Source: Candidatus Daviesbacteria bacterium | GTDB lineage: Bacteria > Patescibacteriota > Microgenomatia > Daviesbacterales > UBA10151 | Direction of reading: 5' to 3' | Length of the DNA stretch: 64,000 bases | NCBI GenBank assembly: GCA_016176465.1 | Contig: JACOXD010000011.1 | Span: 12,318 to 76,317, forward strand | Part shown: positions 27,101 through 37,280 of the stretch, piece after piece | Layout of the letters: every line of letters begins with the position of its first letter | Position numbering within the stretch: position 1 is the stretch's first letter | The notes under the pieces: model-generated | Database searches by the model: none | The model's input: the letters and a program-made list of their open reading frames with translations, nothing else | What the model was told of the DNA's origin: nothing | Position numbers and translations under genes: made by a program

Positions 27101-30100
27101 ATGATGGCTATTAAATTATTCTTAAATCTTTTTTTTACATTAGCGTTTTTTTTAAATTTTGTCACTACCTCATTTGCCCAAAATTCTCAAAATAATTTCG
27201 TAAATATTGTAAATCCCATAAGAGGAAGTGATTTTTGGGAACAAAATTTTAAACCAACTGATTCTATTTCTAAACAATACCAAGCTATAGAAAAAGAAAA
27301 GCTGTCTGCAACTTGGCTCCTAAGATACGACGCGCTTAAAAATAAAGAGATTTCAGATCTTCTAAAAACATTTAATCAAAATCAAGAGTTTGGAATTTTA
27401 TTTGAAGTTACTCCTACTTTAACTAAAGAATCAGGGGTCGAATATAGAAAATCGCCGTCTTGGCACCATGCTGCCAGTGTGTTCCTAACAGGCTATTCCC
27501 AAGAAGAAAGAGTTAAATTAATTGACCAAGCATTTGAGGAGTTTAGAAAAACTTTTAAGGTTTACCCTAAATCAGTTGGGGCTTGGTGGATAGATTCGTA
27601 TTCTCTAAATTACATGCGGGATAAGTATAAAATTGATGCCAGTTTAGATGTAGCCGATCAGTTTTCAACTGACGGTTATCAAGTCTGGGGACAATATTTT
27701 TCAACTCCTTTTTACCCATCTAAAGATGATGCCCTAATCACACCAAAATCAAAGGAGCGAAAAATTGATGTTGTTGTAAGTCAGTGGGCGGCTAGGGATC
27801 CATATAACGGCTATGGCGAGAGAGTTGAAGATTCAACCTATTCTGTCCAAAGCAATGATTATCTTAAGTTTCACAATTTAGATATTAATTATTTTGACAA
27901 GCTTTTGGATATTTACACCAACCAACCTCTAAATGATTTTGGGCAATTAGTAATAGGTTTAGAAAATGATTTTGATTTTAATGATTTTGGGATAGAATAT
28001 CAAAAACAACTGGAATTAATTTCACAGAAACGAAGTGAGGGAAAACTGAGAGTTTCTAAACTTGCTGATTTTGCTATTTGGTATAAAAAAAATTTTCCTG
28101 ATATATCCCCAACACAGCTGGTAAATGCAGATGATCCATTAGGTAGTGGAGGGAAAGTTTTATGGTATCAATCCCCTTTTTATCGATTAGGATTTTTTGC
28201 CAACAAAAGCGGAGCTTTTATTAGAGACTTAAGGGTTTATAACGACTCATCAAAAGAACCCTGTTTGCTAAATCCTTGTAGTGAATTAAATTTCGCATTT
28301 ACAATAGCTAAAGCGCTTGATGATGTGACCCATCGCCAAAAGTATACTCTTGATGAGGGAGAAATTAAAAACTTTCGAGTAAGCAAAAACGGAACTGATG
28401 TTATTTTAAACTATACCAATGCTGCCAATGAAAATAAAAGTATCAGGTTATTACAACAAGATTTAGAAATTGATGGTAAAATTCACACCGTTTCTGGGTT
28501 AATTATTAATGCCACATCACAAGTTCCTACTGGTCCCTCCTCAAAAAATGATCTTTCTTTTCCTAAAATACCTATTTTAAACTTATTTTTTGACTTTGTT
28601 AAAACAATATTACTTTTAACTTTATTAATTTATTTCCCGGGAAGGTTACTTGTTAAAAAATTTGTCCCCAAAATTGGAGGTTTAAACCTAGTTCCATCAT
28701 CTATAATAAGTGGATTTAGTTTGTTTCTTTTGGGGGGTCTACTTTTTACCTTTTTAAAAGTTCCCTACCTTAACTTAATAATTTTTTCCACTTTAGGAAT
28801 AATTTCTCTTTACAAATACCGTTTAAGTTTTTTACAAATCCCCAAATATTTTTTCCCTCTTCTTTTGCTTTTGAGTCTAGGCAGTTTAACTCAAAGTTCG
28901 TTTTTATTTAGAAATGGTCTTGATTATCAAGGTTTACTATTCTTTTTTTCTGAGGAGGGCATCAATGGTTTAGTACATTTATCTCAAGCAGTTAATTTAA
29001 ACTCCCTTTCTCCTAATGCTTCGTTTTTTAGCGGAGAAATTTATAATAGACCTTTTTTGTTGGATTTATTCTTGTCACAAATAAAATTTTTGGACTTGTT
29101 AGATTTATATTTTAGATTTTTGCCACTGATTTTTTCCTTTTTAGCTGGTACCTTAATATTTTATATAACAACCCGTCTTTCCAATCGCAAAGCAGGAATC
29201 TTGGCAGTATTTTTTTACTATTTTGCTTTTGATTTTGCTGCTAAAAATATTTTCTGGGTCAAACAAGCAACTTTAGTAAATACTCAGTTAAATACTACTT
29301 TTAATATTATTTTAATTTTATCAGCCATTTATTTATTTTTGCTCTACATTGGCATTAGAAATAAATTTCTAATTTGGCTTTCAATTTTAAGCACTAGCTT
29401 TTTTCTAATTGACCAACTAGGGACTCTTCTTTCTTTTAACTTCACCCCCTTTTGGTTTGTTAAAACACTTCTTGATTCACCTGATCATTTAGGAAATTTT
29501 CCCAAAGCAACAGCCAGGTTTGTTTATGAGACTAAAGGAGAAAGTTTAAAGCTTGCTGGAATTACATTAATGGGACTGGTAATCTTTTACCTGGGAATTT
29601 TGGGAGTAAGAGTTTTAGGATTATTAGCATTGCTTAGAAAGAATCATTTTCCAAAATTAACTTTTACACTTTTACTAACTTCTTTAATATTTTTTTTAAT
29701 ACCTCAATTTTTTACATACAAACTTTTTCCTGAAGAGGTAAAACAGTATTTTTATTTTAGTATAGTATTAAACAATATATTACTTGGGATGTTTTTAGGA
29801 TCTTTCTTACATTTGCGTTTGCAAAAGTTAAGTTTTGCGGTTATTGGCTTCTTAATTATTATCTCTTTACTTGGCTCTTATATAAATTTATCGCAAAAGT
29901 TTGAGGAATCCCCCACTATTAAGATATCAAGTGAAGAGCTGAGCGCATTTAATTTTTTAAAAGAACAAAAGAAGGGTGGTGTAATCTCCCTATCAGATAA
30001 TAATGACTTTCCTTTTATGCCTTATTTTAGTAGCAATCCTTATTTTCTAAATGGAGAAAAATACATCCCCCTATACTTTGAAAATTATTCACAGAGGGTT

Positions 30101-30283
30101 AATATCACCCGTGAGTTTTTTTACAATCAAAGTCCTAAAGTAGCGAAAGTATTGAAGGAAAAATACAACATTAAATATATATATTTAGAAAGGGAAAAAC
30201 TTCCAGCGTTAAATGAGCGAAAATTAAATCTTAAAAAAATATCTGAGAACGAGGAGTTTGTAATTTATCAATTGCTCTATTAA
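27101..30283 (+). CDS. Large envelope protein: secreted N-terminal domain fused to polytopic GT-C-like membrane domain
   Basis: 1060 aa; signal peptide, then >12 TM segments. Confidence 0.4.
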   Translation: MMAIKLFLNLFFTLAFFLNFVTTSFAQNSQNNFVNIVNPIRGSDFWEQNFKPTDSISKQYQAIEKEKLSATWLLRYDALKNKEISDLLKTFNQNQEFGILFEVTPTLTKESGVEYRKSPSWHHAASVFLTGYSQEERVKLIDQAFEEFRKTFKVYPKSVGAWWIDSYSLNYMRDKYKIDASLDVADQFSTDGYQVWGQYFSTPFYPSKDDALITPKSKERKIDVVVSQWAARDPYNGYGERVEDSTYSVQSNDYLKFHNLDINYFDKLLDIYTNQPLNDFGQLVIGLENDFDFNDFGIEYQKQLELISQKRSEGKLRVSKLADFAIWYKKNFPDISPTQLVNADDPLGSGGKVLWYQSPFYRLGFFANKSGAFIRDLRVYNDSSKEPCLLNPCSELNFAFTIAKALDDVTHRQKYTLDEGEIKNFRVSKNGTDVILNYTNAANENKSIRLLQQDLEIDGKIHTVSGLIINATSQVPTGPSSKNDLSFPKIPILNLFFDFVKTILLLTLLIYFPGRLLVKKFVPKIGGLNLVPSSIISGFSLFLLGGLLFTFLKVPYLNLIIFSTLGIISLYKYRLSFLQIPKYFFPLLLLLSLGSLTQSSFLFRNGLDYQGLLFFFSEEGINGLVHLSQAVNLNSLSPNASFFSGEIYNRPFLLDLFLSQIKFLDLLDLYFRFLPLIFSFLAGTLIFYITTRLSNRKAGILAVFFYYFAFDFAAKNIFWVKQATLVNTQLNTTFNIILILSAIYLFLLYIGIRNKFLIWLSILSTSFFLIDQLGTLLSFNFTPFWFVKTLLDSPDHLGNFPKATARFVYETKGESLKLAGITLMGLVIFYLGILGVRVLGLLALLRKNHFPKLTFTLLLTSLIFFLIPQFFTYKLFPEEVKQYFYFSIVLNNILLGMFLGSFLHLRLQKLSFAVIGFLIIISLLGSYINLSQKFEESPTIKISSEELSAFNFLKEQKKGGVISLSDNNDFPFMPYFSSNPYFLNGEKYIPLYFENYSQRVNITREFFYNQSPKVAKVLKEKYNIKYIYLEREKLPALNERKLNLKKISENEEFVIYQLLY

Positions 30284-30307
30284 GCTTGCTAGAATAAATT
30301 TCTGCCC

Positions 30308-31468
30308 ATGAAGTTATTTTATTTAAAGAATTTGATTATTAAAAAAGGCTTTTATTTCATCCTGGCTTTGACCTTTTCTCTTGCTGGAAGCTCTATCTAT
30401 TACTACTTTCAGGCCAAGCAAGTTAAGGAAGAGCAAATTGCATTAAGTTCCAGATTAACGAGTCTAACTTCTGATTTTGAAAAAATAAAAAATGAGGACC
30501 AGGTAAAAAGAAATGAAATCTTATCTGATGAGATTAAAAATATCCAAAGCACCTATCAAAAATCATCTAATATTTATGAAAAATTGCTAGATTATCAAGG
30601 AAAAGATATAAAAGTTAAAACTCTTTATGCAAATGCTATTTTTGATTTATCCAAAAAAAACTATGCATCTGCTTCTGCCAAATTGGTAGAAATAGAAAAA
30701 ATCTTATCAAGTGAGCAGATCAAGATAGCCGCAGAATTTAAAATTCCAGCCAATGTTCCCGAAAATAATACTGCTCCCTCTTCCGGCTATGCCAAACAAT
30801 CTGTTAAAACAGATATTGGCACTTTTTTAGTTGACATTATATCAGCAGATTTGGGTTCCACTAGAGTAATAGTAGACAGCGCCTCTGACTCTGACTGCAG
30901 TAATGATTGCCCGGTTTTATCACTTAGTGATTATGTTTCCAGAAATGGTGCATTTGCAGGAGTGAATGGTTCATATTTTTGTCCTGCCGATTATCCAAGC
31001 TGCGCTGATAAGAAAAATTCATATGACACGCTAATTATGAATAAAAACAAGAAATATATTAACTCCGATAATAATGTTTACTCTAAAGTTCCGGCAGTAA
31101 TATTTCTGGAAGGATCTGTGCGATTTGTTGGACAATCACTTGAGTGGGGACGAGATACATCTGTTAATGGAGTTTTGGCAAACTATCCTTTGCTTTTATC
31201 AGGAGGAAATATTGCTTTTGGAGGAGGTTCTGATCCCAAGCAGGGTTCTAAAGGCTCAAGGAGCTTTGTTGGAACTAAAGGTTCGACCATATATATAGGA
31301 GTTGTCCATAACGCCACAGTAGCAGAGGTGGCCCACGTACTTAAAGCTTTAGGAATAGATTATGCTCTAAATTTAGACAGTGGTGGTTCAACTGCACTCT
31401 GGAGTGGTAGCTATAAAGTAGGACCTGGTAGAAATATCCCTAGTGCTATTTTGTTTGTCCATAAGTAG
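30308..31468 (+). CDS. Phosphodiester glycosidase (NAGPA-like) family protein, membrane anchored
   Basis: C-terminal NLDSGGSTALW, GVNGSYF, RSFVGT motifs; N-terminal TM + coiled coil. Confidence 0.5.
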   Translation: MKLFYLKNLIIKKGFYFILALTFSLAGSSIYYYFQAKQVKEEQIALSSRLTSLTSDFEKIKNEDQVKRNEILSDEIKNIQSTYQKSSNIYEKLLDYQGKDIKVKTLYANAIFDLSKKNYASASAKLVEIEKILSSEQIKIAAEFKIPANVPENNTAPSSGYAKQSVKTDIGTFLVDIISADLGSTRVIVDSASDSDCSNDCPVLSLSDYVSRNGAFAGVNGSYFCPADYPSCADKKNSYDTLIMNKNKKYINSDNNVYSKVPAVIFLEGSVRFVGQSLEWGRDTSVNGVLANYPLLLSGGNIAFGGGSDPKQGSKGSRSFVGTKGSTIYIGVVHNATVAEVAHVLKALGIDYALNLDSGGSTALWSGSYKVGPGRNIPSAILFVHK

Positions 31469-31617
31469 TGTGTAATTCTGGCTTTTAATTTCTAATACAT
31501 TATATCCACTTAGAATAATCCCTAGGTGTCGGCACATTCCACCTCCCAGGTGATTGTTCTTGTTTATGCAGGTGATTGTTCTTGTTTATGTAAATTAAGT
31601 AAGAGTTTAGCAAGGAA

Positions 31618-32031
31618 TTGACTAAAAGCTTAATATCCTCTTTAATTAAAAATATGAAAAAGCATTTATGGGTTAGAAATGTTGCAACTTTATTAATATT
31701 GGTTCTCTTTTTGTATGGCTACTATAACTTCGTGACAGGAGCTTTTAGCCAAAAAACATCTGATGAGAAAATAAGTTTTAAGATAAATGAACAAGAGAAG
31801 GCTGAGGAACGTTTGGGAACTGTACTGTGGCATAGTGATAACAAAGAGGGAAATTATTCTTATTATTGCTACTTTCCCAAAGCAGGTTATGCCCACAACG
31901 GATTAAAGCAAGAAATTTTAGTTAAAAAGGTAGAAAAATTGAGTGATTGTGATGGGTGGTATGGCATAATTGAGGGAAGGGACGGGAGTTGGCTCTCCCG
32001 CAGTAAAAAATTTTTAATGCCTCATCTATAA
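31618..32031 (+). CDS. Hypothetical membrane-anchored protein
   Basis: 137 aa ORF. Confidence 0.3.
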   Translation: MTKSLISSLIKNMKKHLWVRNVATLLILVLFLYGYYNFVTGAFSQKTSDEKISFKINEQEKAEERLGTVLWHSDNKEGNYSYYCYFPKAGYAHNGLKQEILVKKVEKLSDCDGWYGIIEGRDGSWLSRSKKFLMPHL

Positions 32032-32068
32032 GCTTAATATAGATTTAAATTAAGATATAATAAAATAG

Positions 32069-32728
32069 ATGCTCACTAAAAAATTTCTCCTTTTTTTATC
32101 AATACTTTTATTTATAACCTTTATTCTTTTTTCTTATTTAGTGGCAAAAGAAAAATTTACCCAAATTGATTTTGATACAACAGTTAAGTTTCAGGATAAA
32201 ATAGCCAGAAGGCTTGACGGGCCTCTTTCGATTTTTTCTTTAGTTGGTATGGCAGAGATTACTGGCTTCATTTGGTTTATATTAATTATTTTTTTACTTT
32301 TAAAAAAACATTTTTTATCAGCATTTAGCTTTGGATTATTTCTTTTGGGTCTGATTATAGAACTTTTTGGCAAGCTATTTGTACATCACCCCTCACCTCC
32401 CTTTCTTTTTTATAGAGGAGTTTTTGACTTTGAATTTCCCAGTAACTTTGTCCACACTGATTATTCTTATCCATCAGGTCATGTTTATAGAGCAACTTTT
32501 TTACTGACTTTCTTATTTCTTTATTTTTATTTTAGATTCAAAAGTCCTTATAAGTACTTTTTTTTATCTACGTTTACACTTTTGTTTTTTGGGATGATAG
32601 TTTCCAGAATCTATTTGGGAGAACACTGGACAACAGATGTAGTAGGAGGGGCATTACTTGGTACCTCCCTTGGAATAGTTCCACTTCTTTTTATTCCACT
32701 AAAAACTAAAGTTACTGAGGTAGCTTAA
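32069..32728 (+). CDS. PAP2-family phosphatase (undecaprenyl-diphosphatase-like)
   Basis: PSGH and SRIYLGEHWTTDVVGG motifs; multiple TM. Confidence 0.6.
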   Translation: MLTKKFLLFLSILLFITFILFSYLVAKEKFTQIDFDTTVKFQDKIARRLDGPLSIFSLVGMAEITGFIWFILIIFLLLKKHFLSAFSFGLFLLGLIIELFGKLFVHHPSPPFLFYRGVFDFEFPSNFVHTDYSYPSGHVYRATFLLTFLFLYFYFRFKSPYKYFFLSTFTLLFFGMIVSRIYLGEHWTTDVVGGALLGTSLGIVPLLFIPLKTKVTEVA

Positions 32729-33024
32729 ATTCTGGCAGCCTGTAAAGCTGAATAGGTAAATACTATAGCTAATCCTGCGTTACCCAAGTCTCTAAGGAGG
32801 TTCTGGTTTGTTCCTACTCCCTCTACAGAAACCCCAAAAAAATAAGCAGCCGCGGCCGCCAAAGTTGTTACCAGGACAAAACGGACACCATTGTTTAGTG
32901 TTTGTCCATTTCTCCAACCTTGAATTTTCTCTCTTATAAAATTTAAAGGGTAGTCTGCAATCTTAAGCATAGGTTCTAGTCTTCTAATATCAGGCTCTAG
33001 TCTATCCATAACAGATGTAGCCAT
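32725..33024 (-). CDS. Small membrane protein, hypothetical
   Basis: 99 aa ORF. Confidence 0.3.
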   Translation of the reverse strand: MATSVMDRLEPDIRRLEPMLKIADYPLNFIREKIQGWRNGQTLNNGVRFVLVTTLAAAAAYFFGVSVEGVGTNQNLLRDLGNAGLAIVFTYSALQAARI

Positions 33025-33143
33025 ACAAAGATTTTATCACTTCAAGCAATCAATATCCACATTTACCTCTATACTTAGCGGAAGAGCGTGCATTGCTTCG
33101 GAAAATTAATTGACTTCAAAGTCAATTTAGATTAAACTTAGCT

Positions 33144-33578
33144 ATGAGAAAGTGTACACGTTGCCAAAAAGAAAAGTCGTTAGAGGAGTTTAATTATAAA
33201 GTTAAGTCCAAAGATTTGAGGCAATATCATTGCAAAGATTGCAGCCGCCTATATGTACGTTCACATTATGAAAGAAATAGAGAATACTATTTAGTAAAAG
33301 CACATCGTAGGAACCAAAAAATTAGGAGAGAAATTCGAAATTACGTTTGGCGTTATTTAACAAATCATCCATGCATTGATTGTGGCGAAACAGATCCAAT
33401 AGTATTAGAATTTGATCACATAAAAGATAAAAGTTTTACAATTTCCTCAGTAGGAAGAGATAAGCGATTGGCGGAAGTTCAAAATGAGATAGAAAAGTGT
33501 GAAGTTAGATGCGCAAATTGTCACCGCCGAAAAACAGCATTACAATTTAGTTGGAATAAAAATTATTTGCCTCTGTAG
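33144..33578 (+). CDS. HNH endonuclease
   Basis: Zn-finger Cys pairs, EFDHIKDK ... CANCHRRKT; stop overlaps tRNA 5' end. Confidence 0.6.
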   Translation: MRKCTRCQKEKSLEEFNYKVKSKDLRQYHCKDCSRLYVRSHYERNREYYLVKAHRRNQKIRREIRNYVWRYLTNHPCIDCGETDPIVLEFDHIKDKSFTISSVGRDKRLAEVQNEIEKCEVRCANCHRRKTALQFSWNKNYLPL

Positions 33579-33643
33579 CTTAACGGATAGAGCACTGGTC
33601 TTCGGAACCAGGTTTTGTGCGGGTTCGATTCCTGCCAGAGGCG
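33569..33643 (+). tRNA. tRNA-Arg (anticodon TCG)
   Basis: Acceptor GCCTCTG/CAGAGGC, anticodon stem-loop CTGGT-CTTCGGA-ACCAG, T-loop TTCGATT. Confidence 0.75.
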
Positions 33644-34516
33644 CTAAACAAGGGCAACCACTCTAAGAGGCTTTTCTGATCTTGTTACTATTATCTCATC
33701 CCTATTTTCTCTAATTAGATCCCCATCTAAAAATAAGTGATTATTGGCATTCCTTGCTGAAAACTCTTTTGATGTTTCAAAGTTAAGCACTCCAGGACTT
33801 GGGGCTCTCCCTAGGCTAAACGCTGCTAATGTTCTAAATAATTTAGCAATTCTTTCCCATTTTGAACCTTCTTTAATACTAACCCTGGTTAACTCTTCCC
33901 CAAAAGGATCTTGCCATGGTGCAATGGGAACGAACCCAAAAAAAGGAGTAGTTAAAAACATCTCCATTAATGGCAAACCTTCATTTGCTTTGAACAAAGA
34001 TTCAACTAATCCCCCAAAATAGGAAGCTCCTAACCGCAGTTTTCCAGGTACTAAAGGTATTGCTCTAACAATACTATTTACCTTTGCAACAGTTCCATCA
34101 TATTGGCTAAAGCTTGCAGTGTTACCAAAAGTCCTATCCCCAGCTATTCCTACCCTGAATTTTGGAAAGTAAGTTAGCTCACTTAGATCATATCCAATAA
34201 AATCATCCGCTGTCATAGCTATACACTCATTATAAAGGGCTTGAAATAAAACATTATTGGTTCCCATAGGTTTGATGCCTACAAAAGGAGGGGCTTCTGA
34301 ATTTGCCCATTGTTGCAAACAATCCCTAATAGTTTCATTTCCTCCTATAATTAAAGCTCGATTTGGTATTCCGTTAGGGTAGGCATTTGCTGAAAATTGC
34401 AGTTGGACAGAAGATGGGTTAGCGCTACTTTCTCTGGCAATCTCTAAATATCTAGCTGCCATTTTTGCAACTTCATAACCTGCACCGGCACTTATATATA
34501 TTCCTAGCTCAATCAT
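33644..34516 (-). CDS. Hypothetical protein (between two tRNA genes)
   Basis: 290 aa ORF, higher GC than flanks. Confidence 0.35.
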   Translation of the reverse strand: MIELGIYISAGAGYEVAKMAARYLEIARESSANPSSVQLQFSANAYPNGIPNRALIIGGNETIRDCLQQWANSEAPPFVGIKPMGTNNVLFQALYNECIAMTADDFIGYDLSELTYFPKFRVGIAGDRTFGNTASFSQYDGTVAKVNSIVRAIPLVPGKLRLGASYFGGLVESLFKANEGLPLMEMFLTTPFFGFVPIAPWQDPFGEELTRVSIKEGSKWERIAKLFRTLAAFSLGRAPSPGVLNFETSKEFSARNANNHLFLDGDLIRENRDEIIVTRSEKPLRVVALV

Positions 34517-34609
34517 AGAAGAAAGTATAACAAATTCTTACGCGAACAGATAAAAGTAATAAGTTTTTGATAAAATTAACAAATATAGGTTAAAGTGGTT
34601 TGCTACGAT

Positions 34610-34682
34610 GGGCCGCTAGCTCAATTGGCAGAGCAACTCCCTCTTAAGGAGTAGGTTCTCGGTTCAATCCCGAGGCGGCTCA
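34610..34682 (+). tRNA. tRNA-Lys (anticodon CTT)
   Basis: Acceptor GGGCCGC/GCGGCTC, anticodon stem-loop ACTCC-CTCTTAA-GGAGT, T-loop TTCAATC. Confidence 0.8.
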
Positions 34683-34768
34683 CACTTCACCATTTTCTCG
34701 AGGTGTTATACCTGTATAGCCTCCAAGGAATGTTACTCAAATTTACACAAAAACCTCTAACTTAGTTC

Positions 34769-35497
34769 TTATTCGTTTTCGTGGAGAGTCTTTGTTAGGT
34801 CGTTCGGATAACCTAAATGAATCCAAGGAGATGTATAACGCTCTCCAATCAATGGGTACTGTGCTTCAAATGCCTTCCTGACAACAGGAGAGATGCCACC
34901 TTGTGGCGGTGTAGGGAATTTTCTTATAAAGTCGAACATTCTTTTATCGCTTGCATAGAAATTTAAGTCGCGGAGGAAGGGATAGAGAGGTGTGTTCGGT
35001 GGAGGATGGAGAAACTCGATAACATCAATTCCTCGTAGCCTAGCTACCGCATGAGTATCAATAACCTCAAGACGGGGTGAGAGTGCCATGGCAATACTTG
35101 CTTTTGACGTCTCAAAAAGTGAGAGTGTGCGTTCATACGCACCAGGATAGGCAATAACATCTCCAGGTAATGAAATATAATTACCTTTTGTATATTCTTC
35201 CATATTCAGATATGCACCACAAATACCTTTTGTCGTATCATCAGGTACATATGTAACAGTTATCTTATTCGGTTTGTTTTTATCAACGTATTCTTTGACC
35301 TGGCTTGCTTTATAGGCAACAGCTATTTTTACGTCAACTGACCCAAATGCTGCTACAAGCGATTCAAGAATATGACCAAGCACTGCCTTCTCCTCTATAG
35401 GGAGAAGGCATTTTTGAGTTTCCCTTGCAGCTTCACCCATGCGCTTTCCATAGCCGCCAGCCATAATAAGTGCTTCAGCTTCATGTAACATAATCAT
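34769..35497 (-). CDS. Sugar-phosphate nucleotidyltransferase
   Basis: ALIMAGGYGKRM ... KCLLPI ... KAVLGHIL N-terminal NTP_transferase motifs; GC-richer region. Confidence 0.55.
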   Translation of the reverse strand: MIMLHEAEALIMAGGYGKRMGEAARETQKCLLPIEEKAVLGHILESLVAAFGSVDVKIAVAYKASQVKEYVDKNKPNKITVTYVPDDTTKGICGAYLNMEEYTKGNYISLPGDVIAYPGAYERTLSLFETSKASIAMALSPRLEVIDTHAVARLRGIDVIEFLHPPPNTPLYPFLRDLNFYASDKRMFDFIRKFPTPPQGGISPVVRKAFEAQYPLIGERYTSPWIHLGYPNDLTKTLHENE

Positions 35498-35587
35498 GCA
35501 TTATAGTCTTGCTAACCATACTAGTTAATCACACTCTAGGATTATTAGGTAACACCATATCTATGTTGGAATACCTAGTTTTATTGT

Positions 35588-36064
35588 ATGAAATATGCTA
35601 TTAAGAATGGTATGAGGTGTCTTTCATGCGATTCGCTTTCAGGGAAAACCCCGATTCTTATGGGGTCGCGAATTTATGATGGAAACTACTGGGTCATCGA
35701 GCATGCTTACCCTGTGCGCTTGAAGGGATGGCTTGTTATTGTGTTAAAGCGTCATGCGGAAGCCTTACATGAGTTAACAAAAGAAGAATTTGAAGAGCTG
35801 GCCGCGCTTCAGGAAAAAGTAACAAAGACACTTTTTGCTGTTTTAGGGGTTGAAAAAGAGTACTCATTGTGTCTTGCAGAAGGAAATTATTTTCACCATA
35901 TCCATTTTCATCAGATTGGCATACCAAAAAATTTGCCTGATAAATACAAGGGGCCGAAGGTTTTTGGATTGATGCACGAGAAACCCATTGCAGAAAAAGA
36001 AATTATTGCTTTTTGCAGAAAATTGCAAAAGATCATAGCAGAAAATATTGTTTCTAACAAATAG
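35588..36064 (+). CDS. HIT-family hydrolase
   Basis: Histidine triad FHHIHFHQI. Confidence 0.5.
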   Translation: MKYAIKNGMRCLSCDSLSGKTPILMGSRIYDGNYWVIEHAYPVRLKGWLVIVLKRHAEALHELTKEEFEELAALQEKVTKTLFAVLGVEKEYSLCLAEGNYFHHIHFHQIGIPKNLPDKYKGPKVFGLMHEKPIAEKEIIAFCRKLQKIIAENIVSNK

Positions 36065-36256
36065 CCCCGCAATATTTTGTTTGCAAAAAGGCATCTTGGG
36101 AGTATTTATGGCAATTTATGCGCTTGTATCCTTATGGAATGAAGACTTAAAAGTAAAGCGTCTGTCTCCAATTCAATTGTTGGAGGAGGACTGTCAGGTT
36201 TCCTAAATGATCAGAAAAGAAAATTATCTTGCACACACCAGGTGTGTGATTGAATT

Positions 36257-36544
36257 ATGAGAAAGCACTTTATTATATTTTTCTTGGATGATTTTCATCG
36301 TGGTGCAGTTAACCATGTAGTTCATTTTATTGGATTTACTATTTTAGGGTATGGGTTAGGTAAGCCAAGTTTGTTTTTGATAATTGTCTCTCCATTTATT
36401 ATGGAGTTGGGACATCTTTATAATTATTTTAGAGGAATACATAAAGAACATGCTTTAAAAATCATTCCCTTACAGCTCATCGCCTGGATAATATTTGTTT
36501 TAGTGGGTTATTGGATTGCAAAATCTTTTGATAATTTATTATGA
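36257..36544 (+). CDS. Small membrane protein, hypothetical
   Basis: 95 aa ORF. Confidence 0.3.
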   Translation: MRKHFIIFFLDDFHRGAVNHVVHFIGFTILGYGLGKPSLFLIIVSPFIMELGHLYNYFRGIHKEHALKIIPLQLIAWIIFVLVGYWIAKSFDNLL

Positions 36545-36560
36545 AATTAACAATTCACTT

Positions 36561-36908
36561 GGAGGATTAAATGGAAAAGTTGCTGAGAACGGCAAAAATT
36601 TAAGCGGTGGACAAGCACAAAGAATAGCAGTAGCAAGGTTGATATTAAAATCTCCAGAACTTTTTATTTTTGATGAGGCAACATCAGCACTAGATAATAC
36701 TAGTGAAGTTTTAATCCAGAAAAATATAGAACAATTATTTAAAAATAAAACTATGATTACTATCGCTCATAGATTAACTACTTTAAAAAATAGTGATCGG
36801 ATTTTAGTATTTGATAAAGGAAAAATTGTCCAGGAAGGAAACTTTAACGAACTTGCAAATAAAGAAGGGTTATTCCAAAATTTCTTAAAACAAAAGGCAA
36901 CTAGCTAA
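36561..36908 (+). pseudogene. ABC exporter ATPase C-terminal fragment (signature, Walker B, H-loop only)
   Basis: LSGGQAQRIAVARL, LFIFDEATSALD, IAHRL present; Walker A and transmembrane domain absent. Confidence 0.6.
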
Positions 36909-36911
36909 GTT

Positions 36912-37280
36912 ATGAAAGTAAAAAGTATTAGTTGGTTAGGAGTAAGAACAAATAAATTTAATGAGATGTGTAAATTTTATGAGGAGGTTTTTAAACTTCC
37001 TAAAGTTTTCTCTGAACCTGGTTTTGCTGCTTATAAATTTCCAAATGGAGATTTAATAGAAATATTTGCGGAAAGTTATGAATCTCATAAGCTCTTTAAT
37101 ACTGGACCTGTTCCTGGCTTTGAAGTGGAAAATATAGAGCAAGCTAGGGAAGAGATGGAAAAATTAGGAATAGAATTTATTGGGCCAATTGAGGAGGATA
37201 AAGATAATGGCAATAAATGGAGCCACTTTAGGCATTTAGATGGAAATATTTATGAGCTTTCACAAAGGGGAAAAAGTTAA
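36912..37280 (+). CDS. VOC/glyoxalase-bleomycin resistance family protein
   Basis: ISWLGVRTNKFNEMCKFYEEVF ... typical VOC fold sequence. Confidence 0.55.
   Translation: MKVKSISWLGVRTNKFNEMCKFYEEVFKLPKVFSEPGFAAYKFPNGDLIEIFAESYESHKLFNTGPVPGFEVENIEQAREEMEKLGIEFIGPIEEDKDNGNKWSHFRHLDGNIYELSQRGKS

Noticed and set aside
28632-28641. Perfect palindrome TTCCCGGGAA inside the 1060-aa ORF as a regulatory/LexA-like site
   Set aside because: Deep inside a coding region, isolated, and no TTCGGG-type flanks; probably a coincidental restriction-site-like palindrome (SmaI-type).
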